A stretch of 38,509 bases of DNA, taken from Thraustochytrium aureum. Lineage: Eukaryota. Below are positions 30,104 to 38,509 of this stretch, piece after piece. The stretch covers positions 218,324-256,832 of the forward strand of contig BLSG01000091.1 in the NCBI GenBank assembly GCA_012862495.1. The letters run 5' to 3'. Under the pieces are notes generated by a model. It did no database searches. It was given only the letters and a program-made list of their open reading frames with translations, and was not told the origin of the DNA. Both the position numbers and the translations under genes were made by a program. Positions within the stretch are counted from its first letter, which is position 1. The number at the start of each line of letters is the position of its first letter.

Positions 30104-30302
30104 CAGCGCAGCAGCAGCAGCAGCAGCAGCTCAGGGAGCAGCAGCAGAGCTCAGGGAGCAGCAGGGCAATAGCTTAAGCAGCACCAGCAGCACCAGCACC
30201 AGCAGGAGCAGCAGCACAGCGCAGGGAGCAGCGGCAACAAGCGACACCGATATTGCGCAGGGGTGAGCAGACCCGAACGCGCGCAGCAGCTGCAGCAGCA
30301 AC
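30104..30302 (+). repeat. CAG-rich microsatellite / low-complexity tract running into an N-gap
   Basis: (CAG)7 followed by degenerate cag/cac units. Confidence 0.85.
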
Positions 30303-30717
30303 NNNNNNNNNNNNNNNNNNNNNNNNNNNNNNNNNNNNNNNNNNNNNNNNNNNNNNNNNNNNNNNNNNNNNNNNNNNNNNNNNNNNNNNNNNNNNNNNNN
30401 NNNNNNNNNNNNNNNNNNNNNNNNNNNNNNNNNNNNNNNNNNNNNNNNNNNNNNNNNNNNNNNNNNNNNNNNNNNNNNNNNNNNNNNNNNNNNNNNNNNN
30501 NNNNNNNNNNNNNNNNNNNNNNNNNNNNNNNNNNNNNNNNNNNNNNNNNNNNNNNNNNNNNNNNNNNNNNNNNNNNNNNNNNNNNNNNNNNNNNNNNNNN
30601 NNNNNNNNNNNNNNNNNNNNNNNNNNNNNNNNNNNNNNNNNNNNNNNNNNNNNNNNNNNNNNNNNNNNNNNNNNNNNNNNNNNNNNNNNNNNNNNNNNNN
30701 NNNNNNNNNNNNNNNNN

Positions 30718-33102
30718 AGCAAGACCAGCGGCTTCCAAGATGTGGCGAGCCGCGAGCGAGCAGACAGCGAGGACACGATCCTGCTGTCAGAGTCTGACTC
30801 CGAAGCCGAGGATGAAGTCGGGCTCGGCCCCGCAGAGGAACGCGGCAAGGAGGAACCGGAGGCAGCAGGCCCAGGTCTTTGCGTAGATGGCGTCGATTTG
30901 CTGGCATTGGAGGCCGGCGAAGCCATCGCCGCTTCGTCAAAGCCGCTAGGCGCGCAGACGCCGGTCGCCGCACAGAACCCAGAAGGCGCAGCCGCACCAG
31001 CAGTCAAGGAGAGCGAGAACGACACGCCTGACGCGGCCAGCACCTGCTCGGCGGACAGCGAAAGCAAGCAGAAGAAAGGGGGCGGCGTCAGCACCTTCGC
31101 CGGCGACTCGGGAATGGTGGCCATTCTGAACCAAGGCATCCGCATCTTCAACCTCAACCCGATGCGAGGAATCGAGTTCATCCAGAAAGCCGGGCTCGTT
31201 CATCGCATCAAGGGCGACGACGACGGCAACGCCAGGCGCGTGGCCATCTTCCTCCGGCACACGCGCGGGCTCAACAAAGAGCAGGTCGGCAAAGTCCTCG
31301 GCTCAGAAAGAACCGAGCACGTGGCTATCCTGAGCAACTACTTTCTCCTCTTCGACTTTAGCGAATTCGGTCCCACAATCCAGGGCCTCGAAGAAGCGCT
31401 CCGCGTTGTGTTCGACTGCTTCAAACCGCCGGGCGAGTCGCAGAAAATCGAGCGCATCCTCGAAATTTTCGCGTCACGATTCAACGAAGACAACAATTTG
31501 CTCGGAGACGGCGTGGAGGGCGCCGGGTTTCACGAGTCGACCACAATGCTGCTCTCCTACAGCATCATCATCCTCAACGTGGACCTGCACAACCCAAACA
31601 ACCCGCGCAAAATGACGCGCCGCGAGTTCGTCAGGAACTTTCGTGGCCTGGACAATGGGCGCGACCTCCCCGAAATCGAGCTGCAACGGCTTTACGACCG
31701 CATCTCGCGCAGCGAGATACGCCACAAGGTGGACCGAGACGAGCTGGCAGGAAACCTCTTCACGCAGCCCGACAAGTCCGGCTGGCTATACAAGAAGGGC
31801 CCCTCCGTGTTCTCAAAGTGGCGCCCTCGCTGGTTTATCCTGTCCGAGAACACATTGTACTACTTTAAGCACTCGGAGGCAGTCGAGTTCCTCGGCTTTA
31901 TTCCGCTCGAGAACGTGCTGGTCCGGACCTGCTTCGACGTCAAGAATCAGCGCCGCGAGCGGCTCCTCTCGCAGCGCAACGCGCACCTTCCTCGGTCCCA
32001 CACGCACACTGGCACAAGCACTGCTGCGCATCGCCACGCGAGCTCAGGCCTCCTTGCAGCAGCGCTTGCTTCAGAGGCCAACCCGGGCTCGCCGGTCATC
32101 GCGCACACCTTGGGCATTCACCCGCACGCGGCAGGACATGTTGCGGGTGCGCATGCCTCGATGCCAGCTATGCTGCGCGTCGCATCGGGGGGCAACATGT
32201 CTGCGGGCTCCTGCTCCNNNNNNNNNNNNNNNNNNNNNNNNNNNNNNNNNNNNNNNNNNNNNNNNNNNNNNNNNNNNNNNNNNNNNNNNNNNNNNNNNNN
32301 NNNNNNNNNNNNNNNNNNNNNNNNNNNNNNNNNNNNNNNNNNNNNNNNNNNNNNNNNNNNNNNNNNNNNNNNNNNNNNNNNNNNNNNNNNNNNNNNNTCG
32401 GGGGGCAACATGTCTGCGGGCTCCTGCTCCTCGGCCGATGAGATGGCAGCCGCCTGTTCGGGGTCAGCCAAGCAACTGCACCGCAAAGCCTCCAACCTGC
32501 TCGCCAAACTGCCCCACACACGGAGCGAGTTGCTACTGAGAGCGGGAGCTGTCGCTTCGTCCGAGCTGGACGCCACGAGATCGGCGCGGAAGCGCGATTT
32601 TTGGTTCGAGCTCTACCCATGGGACGCGCGCCTCAACGTCAAGAGCGCTCGCATGACTTCGCGCGGCGCCATCAAGCTGGGCCAGCACAGGACCATCAAG
32701 CTTCGCGCGGACAGCCGCCAGGAGCTGGAGAACTGGGTCGAGCTCGTCAACCAGAAGGGGCGTTTCAACATCCAAAGCCTGGCAGGCCAGGCGGGCCGCT
32801 CGCCGCCCTTCGCCTCCATCCCAGGGTCTCCCATGTCGGTCTCGTCTCGCTCAACTGCCTCTAGCAGACAAGGCTCTCGTACGAGTGGGTTCTTCCGCTG
32901 CTCGCTGCTTCGGAGCTCCACGAACAGCCTGCAAGACCTGGCCGACCCCCTCTCGAGCCCCGGGTCGTGCGAAACGCTAGCGTCTGGGGCAGACGCCGCT
33001 GCGTCGCAGTCGTCGTCGACCAGGGCGCCGCGTCCCAGGCTTCCGCCCAAAGCGCCCTTGCGTTCGCAATCCGAGGTCGCCGATGCCGGGGCAGGGGCTT
33101 GA
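30718..33102 (+). CDS. Cytohesin-type ARF guanine-nucleotide exchange factor (Sec7 + split PH); 5' end hidden in or before gap 30303-30717
   Basis: Sec7 motifs GIRIFNLNPMRGIEF, GLNKEQVGKVLG, FKPPGESQKIERI (glutamic finger) and LSYSIIILNVDLHNP. Cytohesin-like PH: FTQPDKSGWLYKKG..WRPRWFILSEN.LYYF..GFIPLENV and FELY..VKSA..G.H..LRADS..ELENW. Confidence 0.92.
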   Translation, partial: SKTSGFQDVASRERADSEDTILLSESDSEAEDEVGLGPAEERGKEEPEAAGPGLCVDGVDLLALEAGEAIAASSKPLGAQTPVAAQNPEGAAAPAVKESENDTPDAASTCSADSESKQKKGGGVSTFAGDSGMVAILNQGIRIFNLNPMRGIEFIQKAGLVHRIKGDDDGNARRVAIFLRHTRGLNKEQVGKVLGSERTEHVAILSNYFLLFDFSEFGPTIQGLEEALRVVFDCFKPPGESQKIERILEIFASRFNEDNNLLGDGVEGAGFHESTTMLLSYSIIILNVDLHNPNNPRKMTRREFVRNFRGLDNGRDLPEIELQRLYDRISRSEIRHKVDRDELAGNLFTQPDKSGWLYKKGPSVFSKWRPRWFILSENTLYYFKHSEAVEFLGFIPLENVLVRTCFDVKNQRRERLLSQRNAHLPRSHTHTGTSTAAHRHASSGLLAAALASEANPGSPVIAHTLGIHPHAAGHVAGAHASMPAMLRVASGGNMSAGSCSXXXXXXXXXXXXXXXXXXXXXXXXXXXXXXXXXXXXXXXXXXXXXXXXXXXXXXXXXXXXSGGNMSAGSCSSADEMAAACSGSAKQLHRKASNLLAKLPHTRSELLLRAGAVASSELDATRSARKRDFWFELYPWDARLNVKSARMTSRGAIKLGQHRTIKLRADSRQELENWVELVNQKGRFNIQSLAGQAGRSPPFASIPGSPMSVSSRSTASSRQGSRTSGFFRCSLLRSSTNSLQDLADPLSSPGSCETLASGADAAASQSSSTRAPRPRLPPKAPLRSQSEVADAGAGA

Positions 33103-33263
33103 CGCTGAACCGGCCGGTTGTCGCATAGGTTTGGGTTCCCGGCGCGAGCGCGAGCCAAGGAGACGTCGCGCGAAACCTCGCTTCTGTATTAGCGGCGTGG
33201 GTTGCCGCTAAGCACGGGGCTTGGGGGGCGAGGAGTCAACCCTCCTCGTCTTGCAAGTGCGAT

Positions 33264-36200
33264 TCAGTTGCCGTGCGGGTCCGAGTCGACGCGTCCAATG
33301 AAACAAAAACATGAACACATTGTTTGTAATTTTGATTGATTGAAAAACACATTGGCGCCAGGCGCCCGCCTGAAAGAAAATACAACGTTCAGAGCGAGGA
33401 TCGCTTCGATGCAGGGCGGACCCGAACGTGCGACCAGAACGGGTGCGACTCGTGGGCCTTGACCTGCGCAACGCATGGCGCGGATTTGCCAAGTTAGGGA
33501 GCTAGCTCTTCCAACCACAGCGCGCCCGCTGCAGGGCCCGGCGCGGGGCCCTCTCTTTGCTCCACTTACCAAGTTTGACGGCTCTTCGTGGCGCCACTGG
33601 GCGCTGCTCGGTCCGACATCAGCAAGCAATGGCTGCCGCTCCACTTCGCCGAAGAGCGCCCCCCCCGAGTCGCCCGGCGCGCCTCTGATGCTGCTGGGCA
33701 GCGGAAGCAGGTTGAGGTGAAAGCCAGCGCGGCCAACGAGCTCAGCGACCCATTCCGGCTCCTCGAGGGCGCGCCCTTGGAAAAATAGCAGAAAGTCGCT
33801 CAGGAACATGCACCACCCGCCGCGGAGCTCCGCAGCCACCCTGACCTTTCGAGCAACTTGGCACTGCAAGTACTCGCTTCCCTTTTGCAAGGCTCGGTGA
33901 ACGAGCGAGTCGAGCGCTCGACCACTGAGAACGCCCCAGCCAGGGGCGTCGAAACAGCGAAACACAATCGTCGCCACCGCGCGAGCAGCTTCAGAGAGTT
34001 TCAGGCACCCTAAGCGCGTCTGCTCCATCGTCGCGCCTGGCTCAAGCAAAACTTCCCTCGACCATTCCAAGCTCTGGACGTTGAGGGTCCGCAGCGGCAG
34101 CCCTGGCCGAGTCCGAGAAGGCCGAGCCGAAGCGGGCCGCCGCCGAACCGGAACGNNNNNNNNNNNNNNNNNNNNNNNNNNNNNNNNNNNNNNNNNNNNN
34201 NNNNNNNNNNNNNNNNNNNNNNNNNNNNNNNNNNNNNNNNNNNNNNNNNNNNNNNNNNNNNNNNNNNNNNNNNNNNNNNNNNNNNNNNNNNNNNNNNNNN
34301 NNNNNNNNNNNNNNNNNNNNNNNNNNNNNAGCTCGCGCCTTGGCGGCACGACGTTCGTGCCCGCTGAGACGGCGGCCGCCGAGCGGTTTGACTGCTGATT
34401 GGGAGCCGCGCGAAGTGCGCCGCGAACCCCAGCGCTCACTAAACGGAATCGCGGTTGCAAGCGCGGCAACCGCAATCGTTTCTTCGACCAGGCACGCAGA
34501 GTCCCTCCCTCGCCAAAACTCGCGACGAGCACCGTCTCGGAGGACCCATCTAGGGCAGCGAAGAGCGCAGGGAGCGCCAAGAGCTCGGCCGGAGAATACG
34601 ACTCTGTAAGAGGTCGCTGTCCGAGGCCAAAGTGTCGAACAACGTCGCCTAAGACGCGGCTCGCGCTCTTGGACGTTGCGTCTACAAATGTGGCGGACCT
34701 GCACCCGTACGGAATCGACACGCGGCGGAGGAGATCAGCACTGCCGCCGTTGCATGATTCGAACAGCTGCTGTTGAAACTCGTCCAGGTTGTCAACCAGG
34801 ACATCCTCGCTCACCCAAGCCACGCCTTGGCGTCCCTCGGACACGCCAGAGGCAGATGCGGCCTCGCTTGCGGCGGCGCCGAGGCAAGCGATCTGGGCTC
34901 GAAATACCACTATTTCCTCGAGCAGGCTAGAAGCGGCCTCCAACAGAACTGCCCGAAAGAAATCGCGCGAGTCGCTCCCCGGGGTGCCGTAAAGGACAAA
35001 AACAGCATCTCTGCCCGACGCGGACGCTTCTGCGCAGGTCTCACGGACTTTGGCAGCTGCAAGTGCCGCAGCGTCCGTTTCTGCCGACTCGACAAGGCCT
35101 CCTGATGGGAGGAATCGCGCTTCGCCGGCGGAGGTAAGGCCTCCGTCGCAGGGGGCGACAACCGACGGGGACATCGCCCCGCCTCCTTTCGGGCTGCTGC
35201 TGTTGCCATGCTCAGCCTTATGACCAGCTCCTTCGCGACGTGAGCGCCGTTTTGGGCGGTGCATGCACCGCCGCACTACGGCTCGAATAGGCGCCGCCAT
35301 TCCTGAAGCGGGCTCCTGCGCGGGCGCGGCGTCCAAGCGACTCAGTCGGCCCGCGGCCCCAAATCCAAAGCATTCGACCGACTGCTCACAGATCGCGCCG
35401 GTCTCGTCAACGAACACGCAACTCTCAGCTTGCGGGCCGATGTGGAGACACGTCACCCCCAAAGGCGTGCGCTCTCCGAGGTGAAATGGGCCAGACACCG
35501 CCCCGGTTTCCTCGCCGAGCGGAAGCGGGACGCCTCGCGGTTCGAACTGCATGTCCCTGAAGCTCCACACGCACCCTTTGACGCCCCATTGGTTCGGCCG
35601 GCCGCTGACAACGATCTGCGATGAGCGGGCTCCCTCCGGTGTCAGGTAGCGGAGTCTGGGCGAGACCCTTGACAGCGACCCTGAGACCAAGTGGTTCATC
35701 GTGGAGTCGAGCTCCATATCCATGGACTTAAAGAACGGATTGTAAACCTGGAGGAGGCCGTGGCGATGAAGCAGCACAAGCCGGCCGTCCGCCAGAAAAG
35801 AGAGGTCCACGCAAGACCGCGCCACGCCCGACAGGATGCACTCTTTCTCCGCGCCAAGGAGCACGTTTGGCCCTGGAACAGCGCCGCGCGCGGCCCATCC
35901 GGCAAGCACAGAAACTTTTAGCTTGAGAGAACCGGGCTCAGCAAGGCGCTCAAGGACTGCAATGTCGCCCGTGGACTCTGCGACGTCAAATGCAACTGGC
36001 TGCCACAGTTTTGTCAGGAGCGTCGCAAATGAACCTCCGCAAGTGAACCTCCGCAATCTCCCGCTCGGTTCGTCGCGCAGGAGCTTGGGGGAAGGTCTCA
36101 GCATGTCTTCCTCCTGGTTGACGCGCTCTAGGACGAACAGCCACGCTCCCGCAGCGCCCCCTCGCACAGAAACGGCTCCAACGAGACCCGTGGCCCATGT

Positions 36201-36614
36201 TTGAAGTTTTGGTTTTCCCTCACCAATCGCCACTCTCCCGGCTGTGCCCCGCTCACGATTGCACCAAAGCAGCTCTTGCCCGCACAGTGATATGCAGTCC
36301 ACGCCATAGTCTTTGGCTGCCAACGCCTGCTGTCTGCCGCCTTTCTGCACCCTTCGAGCGCCGCGACCCGCGGCATGCGCATCATCGACGACGCATTGGT
36401 CGCCGCGGCGCACAGCGTCGGCATGCTTGTTGACATAAAACGCAGCCGGTCCATTCCTCCCGAGCCGCACCATGTCCTCCACGAGCCCTCTTGCGCGGCT
36501 TCCTCGAGCGTCGCTTGCCTCGTCTTGTTCCGGTGCATGATCGTCGTCGACGAGGCCATCCAGGCCATCGAGGCAAATTGGCCAGGAGCCGTGCGCGGGA
36601 GAACCCATAGCCAT
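33264..36614 (-). CDS. Uncharacterised multidomain protein: beta-propeller-like region + degenerate kinesin motor domain + EF-hand-like pair; both ends uncertain
   Basis: Long ORF (first ATG at 36614). NHL/SGL-like blades (LVGAVSVRG..LFVLE, LWQPVAFDVAESTGDIAVLE, CVDLSFLADGRLVL, TPLGVTC); kinesin-like motif order at 35292-34480; FRCFDAPGWGVLS..FLLFF..PEWVAELVGRAGF. The last ~70 codons run into UTR-like sequence and may be frameshifted. Confidence 0.72.
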   Translation of the reverse strand: MAMGSPAHGSWPICLDGLDGLVDDDHAPEQDEASDARGSRARGLVEDMVRLGRNGPAAFYVNKHADAVRRGDQCVVDDAHAAGRGARRVQKGGRQQALAAKDYGVDCISLCGQELLWCNRERGTAGRVAIGEGKPKLQTWATGLVGAVSVRGGAAGAWLFVLERVNQEEDMLRPSPKLLRDEPSGRLRRFTCGGSFATLLTKLWQPVAFDVAESTGDIAVLERLAEPGSLKLKVSVLAGWAARGAVPGPNVLLGAEKECILSGVARSCVDLSFLADGRLVLLHRHGLLQVYNPFFKSMDMELDSTMNHLVSGSLSRVSPRLRYLTPEGARSSQIVVSGRPNQWGVKGCVWSFRDMQFEPRGVPLPLGEETGAVSGPFHLGERTPLGVTCLHIGPQAESCVFVDETGAICEQSVECFGFGAAGRLSRLDAAPAQEPASGMAAPIRAVVRRCMHRPKRRSRREGAGHKAEHGNSSSPKGGGAMSPSVVAPCDGGLTSAGEARFLPSGGLVESAETDAAALAAAKVRETCAEASASGRDAVFVLYGTPGSDSRDFFRAVLLEAASSLLEEIVVFRAQIACLGAAASEAASASGVSEGRQGVAWVSEDVLVDNLDEFQQQLFESCNGGSADLLRRVSIPYGCRSATFVDATSKSASRVLGDVVRHFGLGQRPLTESYSPAELLALPALFAALDGSSETVLVASFGEGGTLRAWSKKRLRLPRLQPRFRLVSAGVRGALRAAPNQQSNRSAAAVSAGTNVVPPRREXXXXXXXXXXXXXXXXXXXXXXXXXXXXXXXXXXXXXXXXXXXXXXXXXXXXXXXXXXXVPVRRRPASARPSRTRPGLPLRTLNVQSLEWSREVLLEPGATMEQTRLGCLKLSEAARAVATIVFRCFDAPGWGVLSGRALDSLVHRALQKGSEYLQCQVARKVRVAAELRGGWCMFLSDFLLFFQGRALEEPEWVAELVGRAGFHLNLLPLPSSIRGAPGDSGGALFGEVERQPLLADVGPSSAQWRHEEPSNLVSGAKRGPRAGPCSGRAVVGRASSLTWQIRAMRCAGQGPRVAPVLVARSGPPCIEAILALNVVFSFRRAPGANVFFNQSKLQTMCSCFCFIGRVDSDPHGN

Positions 36615-37526
36615 GTCGCCCAGCGCCAGCTCAAGCAGCAAGTTTTGCTGCCTTGGCGGCCCAGCGCCAGCGACGATCGCGGTGCGAGCAGCAGCAACTG
36701 CGCCAGCTACGACAGCGACTCTAGCTAGAGAAGTGCCAGGAAATGCGTGCCAGGAAACGGCGCCAAGGCGTGCCGTGCCCGCGACGCCAGCGACGAGGAG
36801 CGCCGTGCCGTGGCTGCGGTGTCAGTGACGGAGTTTGCCCGCGTCAGAAGCTTGAGCGACGAGGAGAGGAGTGCCAGCCGTCGAGCGCCTTCGGGCGACA
36901 GTGACGGCGGCGACGCGGACGGCCAGCGGGCGAAAAGCGCCAGCGGCGACAGCGACGGGATGTGCTAGCGGCGACACGGCGAGCAGGGCCAGCAGGTACA
37001 GTGATGAGCAGTGCCCGTGACGACCAGTGCCGTGCCAGCGGTGACAGTGGCAGCGGCTCGGGCGGCATGCCGTCCTGGATTTGCACGTAGTTCTGCTCTA
37101 CCCTACCCCCCACAATATCTCTCCTAATCCATTTGAAAGGCATAAATATGTATTATTTCGGAGTATTAATTGTGTCCGAAGTGTCACAATACAAGCGACT
37201 ATGGTTTCGCCGATTTTTGTATCCGGTGTATCCGTTGGAGATGGAGGATACTCGGGCGGAGCAGACGCCGATGGACAGATTGCCGCAGTTCACGACGGAG
37301 TTACACGCGCTGCAGCTGAAGGCGAGGCTAGACGAAGAAGGTCGTGAATGGAGATTGAATCGCTCAGGCATTGCCCGAAGGAATCGCAAACGCCGTGCAG
37401 CTAAAGTCGAGACCAACGACGAGGCCGCGCATGACTACGGGTTGAAGCGTTGACGCAGCGCACGACGGAATCAAACGCGCTGCTGTACAAGAGGAGAATC
37501 GTCGAGCTGTGCATGCCGTGGAAGTC

Positions 37527-38489
37527 ATGAAGGGCCGCGTGCTGGCGCGAAGCGGGACGGTAGGGAAGGCGCCAGTCTTCCCGTGTGTGGATGAAAGGGC
37601 GCTGGTGACCAGGCCGTTCTGTGGACTGCTGCTACCGCCAGACCTGCTGGATGACGTGACCCTCGAGATCCCAGATCCGACGAGGCCACCGAGGAGAAGG
37701 CACAAAGAGAAGAAACCAAAAAGCTGGGGTTGCTGGCTGTGCAACTCGAGCAACGACAACTCCGTCAGCGTTTGCTCACATTGCGCAAGGCCACGGGAGG
37801 CAGAGTGGCTCAAACTCACGACCGATGAGCATATTCGCGTTGGAAGCTTCATCCAGGTTCGGCGCGCAGGAACAGATCTCGCAGGGATCGTGACGCAGAT
37901 TGACTATCGAGAGCGCCAGGTGGAGGCGTTTCTCTGCAGGCTTGAGGACGACCAGCAGGCCGACCAACCCAAAGCTGACACAGAGCCCGAGTCAACAGCT
38001 CCATCCCCTGATGGGCCGACCCGGCGACTGGCGAAAGGGTTCCCTGAACGGCTGTTGATTAGTGCCGCCGACGTCGCCAGGGGCGTCGTCACCATTGTGT
38101 GGCACCGCGGCAGCGAGGCAAAGCAGTCGCCGCAGGCCCGCGAACAGGCGCTCGGCCTCTGCCACTTTTTGTTGTGCGGAAATTGCGCGAGTGTGAGTCA
38201 GCTGAGCAATGGGCGCGCAGTTCTCGACACCGACCAAGTCCGCGCGGACAAGGCCGGTAGACTGCGCACAAAGACCGCCGAACTCAGCGAGGTACGCAGC
38301 AAGGTGCGGTACCTGACACGCAAGTGGCGCCAAACAAAGACTGGCTACGACTTGTTGGCCGAGGCCACAAATGCGCTGAGCAAACTGGAGGCAGAGGTGA
38401 GCTCGTTGCGATCCCAGCTGGCGCCGTTTCAATTTTGGTGCAGCGCATGTGGGTGGAGGTGGCCTGACACGCGCCCACACCAGATCTAA
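37527..38489 (+). CDS. RanBP2-type zinc-finger protein with an SH3/Tudor-like segment and a coiled coil bracketed by CxxC pairs; may extend 5' to about 37201
   Basis: WGCWLCNSSNDNSVSVCSHC fits W-x-C-x2-C-x3-N-x6-C-x2-C. Followed by IRVGSFIQV..GIVTQID..VEAFL and CGNC..heptad helix..WCSACGW. Stop TAA at 38487-38489. Confidence 0.7.
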   Translation: MKGRVLARSGTVGKAPVFPCVDERALVTRPFCGLLLPPDLLDDVTLEIPDPTRPPRRRHKEKKPKSWGCWLCNSSNDNSVSVCSHCARPREAEWLKLTTDEHIRVGSFIQVRRAGTDLAGIVTQIDYRERQVEAFLCRLEDDQQADQPKADTEPESTAPSPDGPTRRLAKGFPERLLISAADVARGVVTIVWHRGSEAKQSPQAREQALGLCHFLLCGNCASVSQLSNGRAVLDTDQVRADKAGRLRTKTAELSEVRSKVRYLTRKWRQTKTGYDLLAEATNALSKLEAEVSSLRSQLAPFQFWCSACGWRWPDTRPHQI

Positions 38490-38509
38490 GCTGACTCTTG
38501 CTTGGGACC

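Overview
GC-rich, gene-dense and almost intron-free eukaryotic nuclear DNA. A ciliated stramenopile such as a thraustochytrid/labyrinthulomycete is the likely source (inference from gene content and style). The assembly has 12 N-gaps and scattered 1-nt indels in short G/A runs that split several real genes across ORF frames. Twelve protein genes in order: NPHP4 (5'-partial, with a large EF-hand array inserted); a MaoC/hydratase-2-like double hot-dog enzyme; a GPI-anchored 2x8-Cys protein; a secreted Kelch-VWA protein; PP4 catalytic subunit; a secreted FG-GAP 7-blade propeller protein; TFIIIC large subunit (GTF3C1/Tfc3-like); a sphingomyelin/IPC-synthase-like enzyme; an MDR-family NADPH oxidoreductase; a cytohesin-type Sec7-PH ARF-GEF with a split PH domain; a propeller + degenerate kinesin motor + EF-hand protein; and a RanBP2-zinc-finger protein. 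Most notable: the apparently catalytically dead kinesin fusion, the EF-hand-loaded NPHP4, and two decayed, consecutive fragments of the GTF3C1 gene on either side of the intact gene, each attached to a copy of the same unclassified repeat about 12 kb apart. No rRNA, tRNA, CRISPR array or transposase was recognised.
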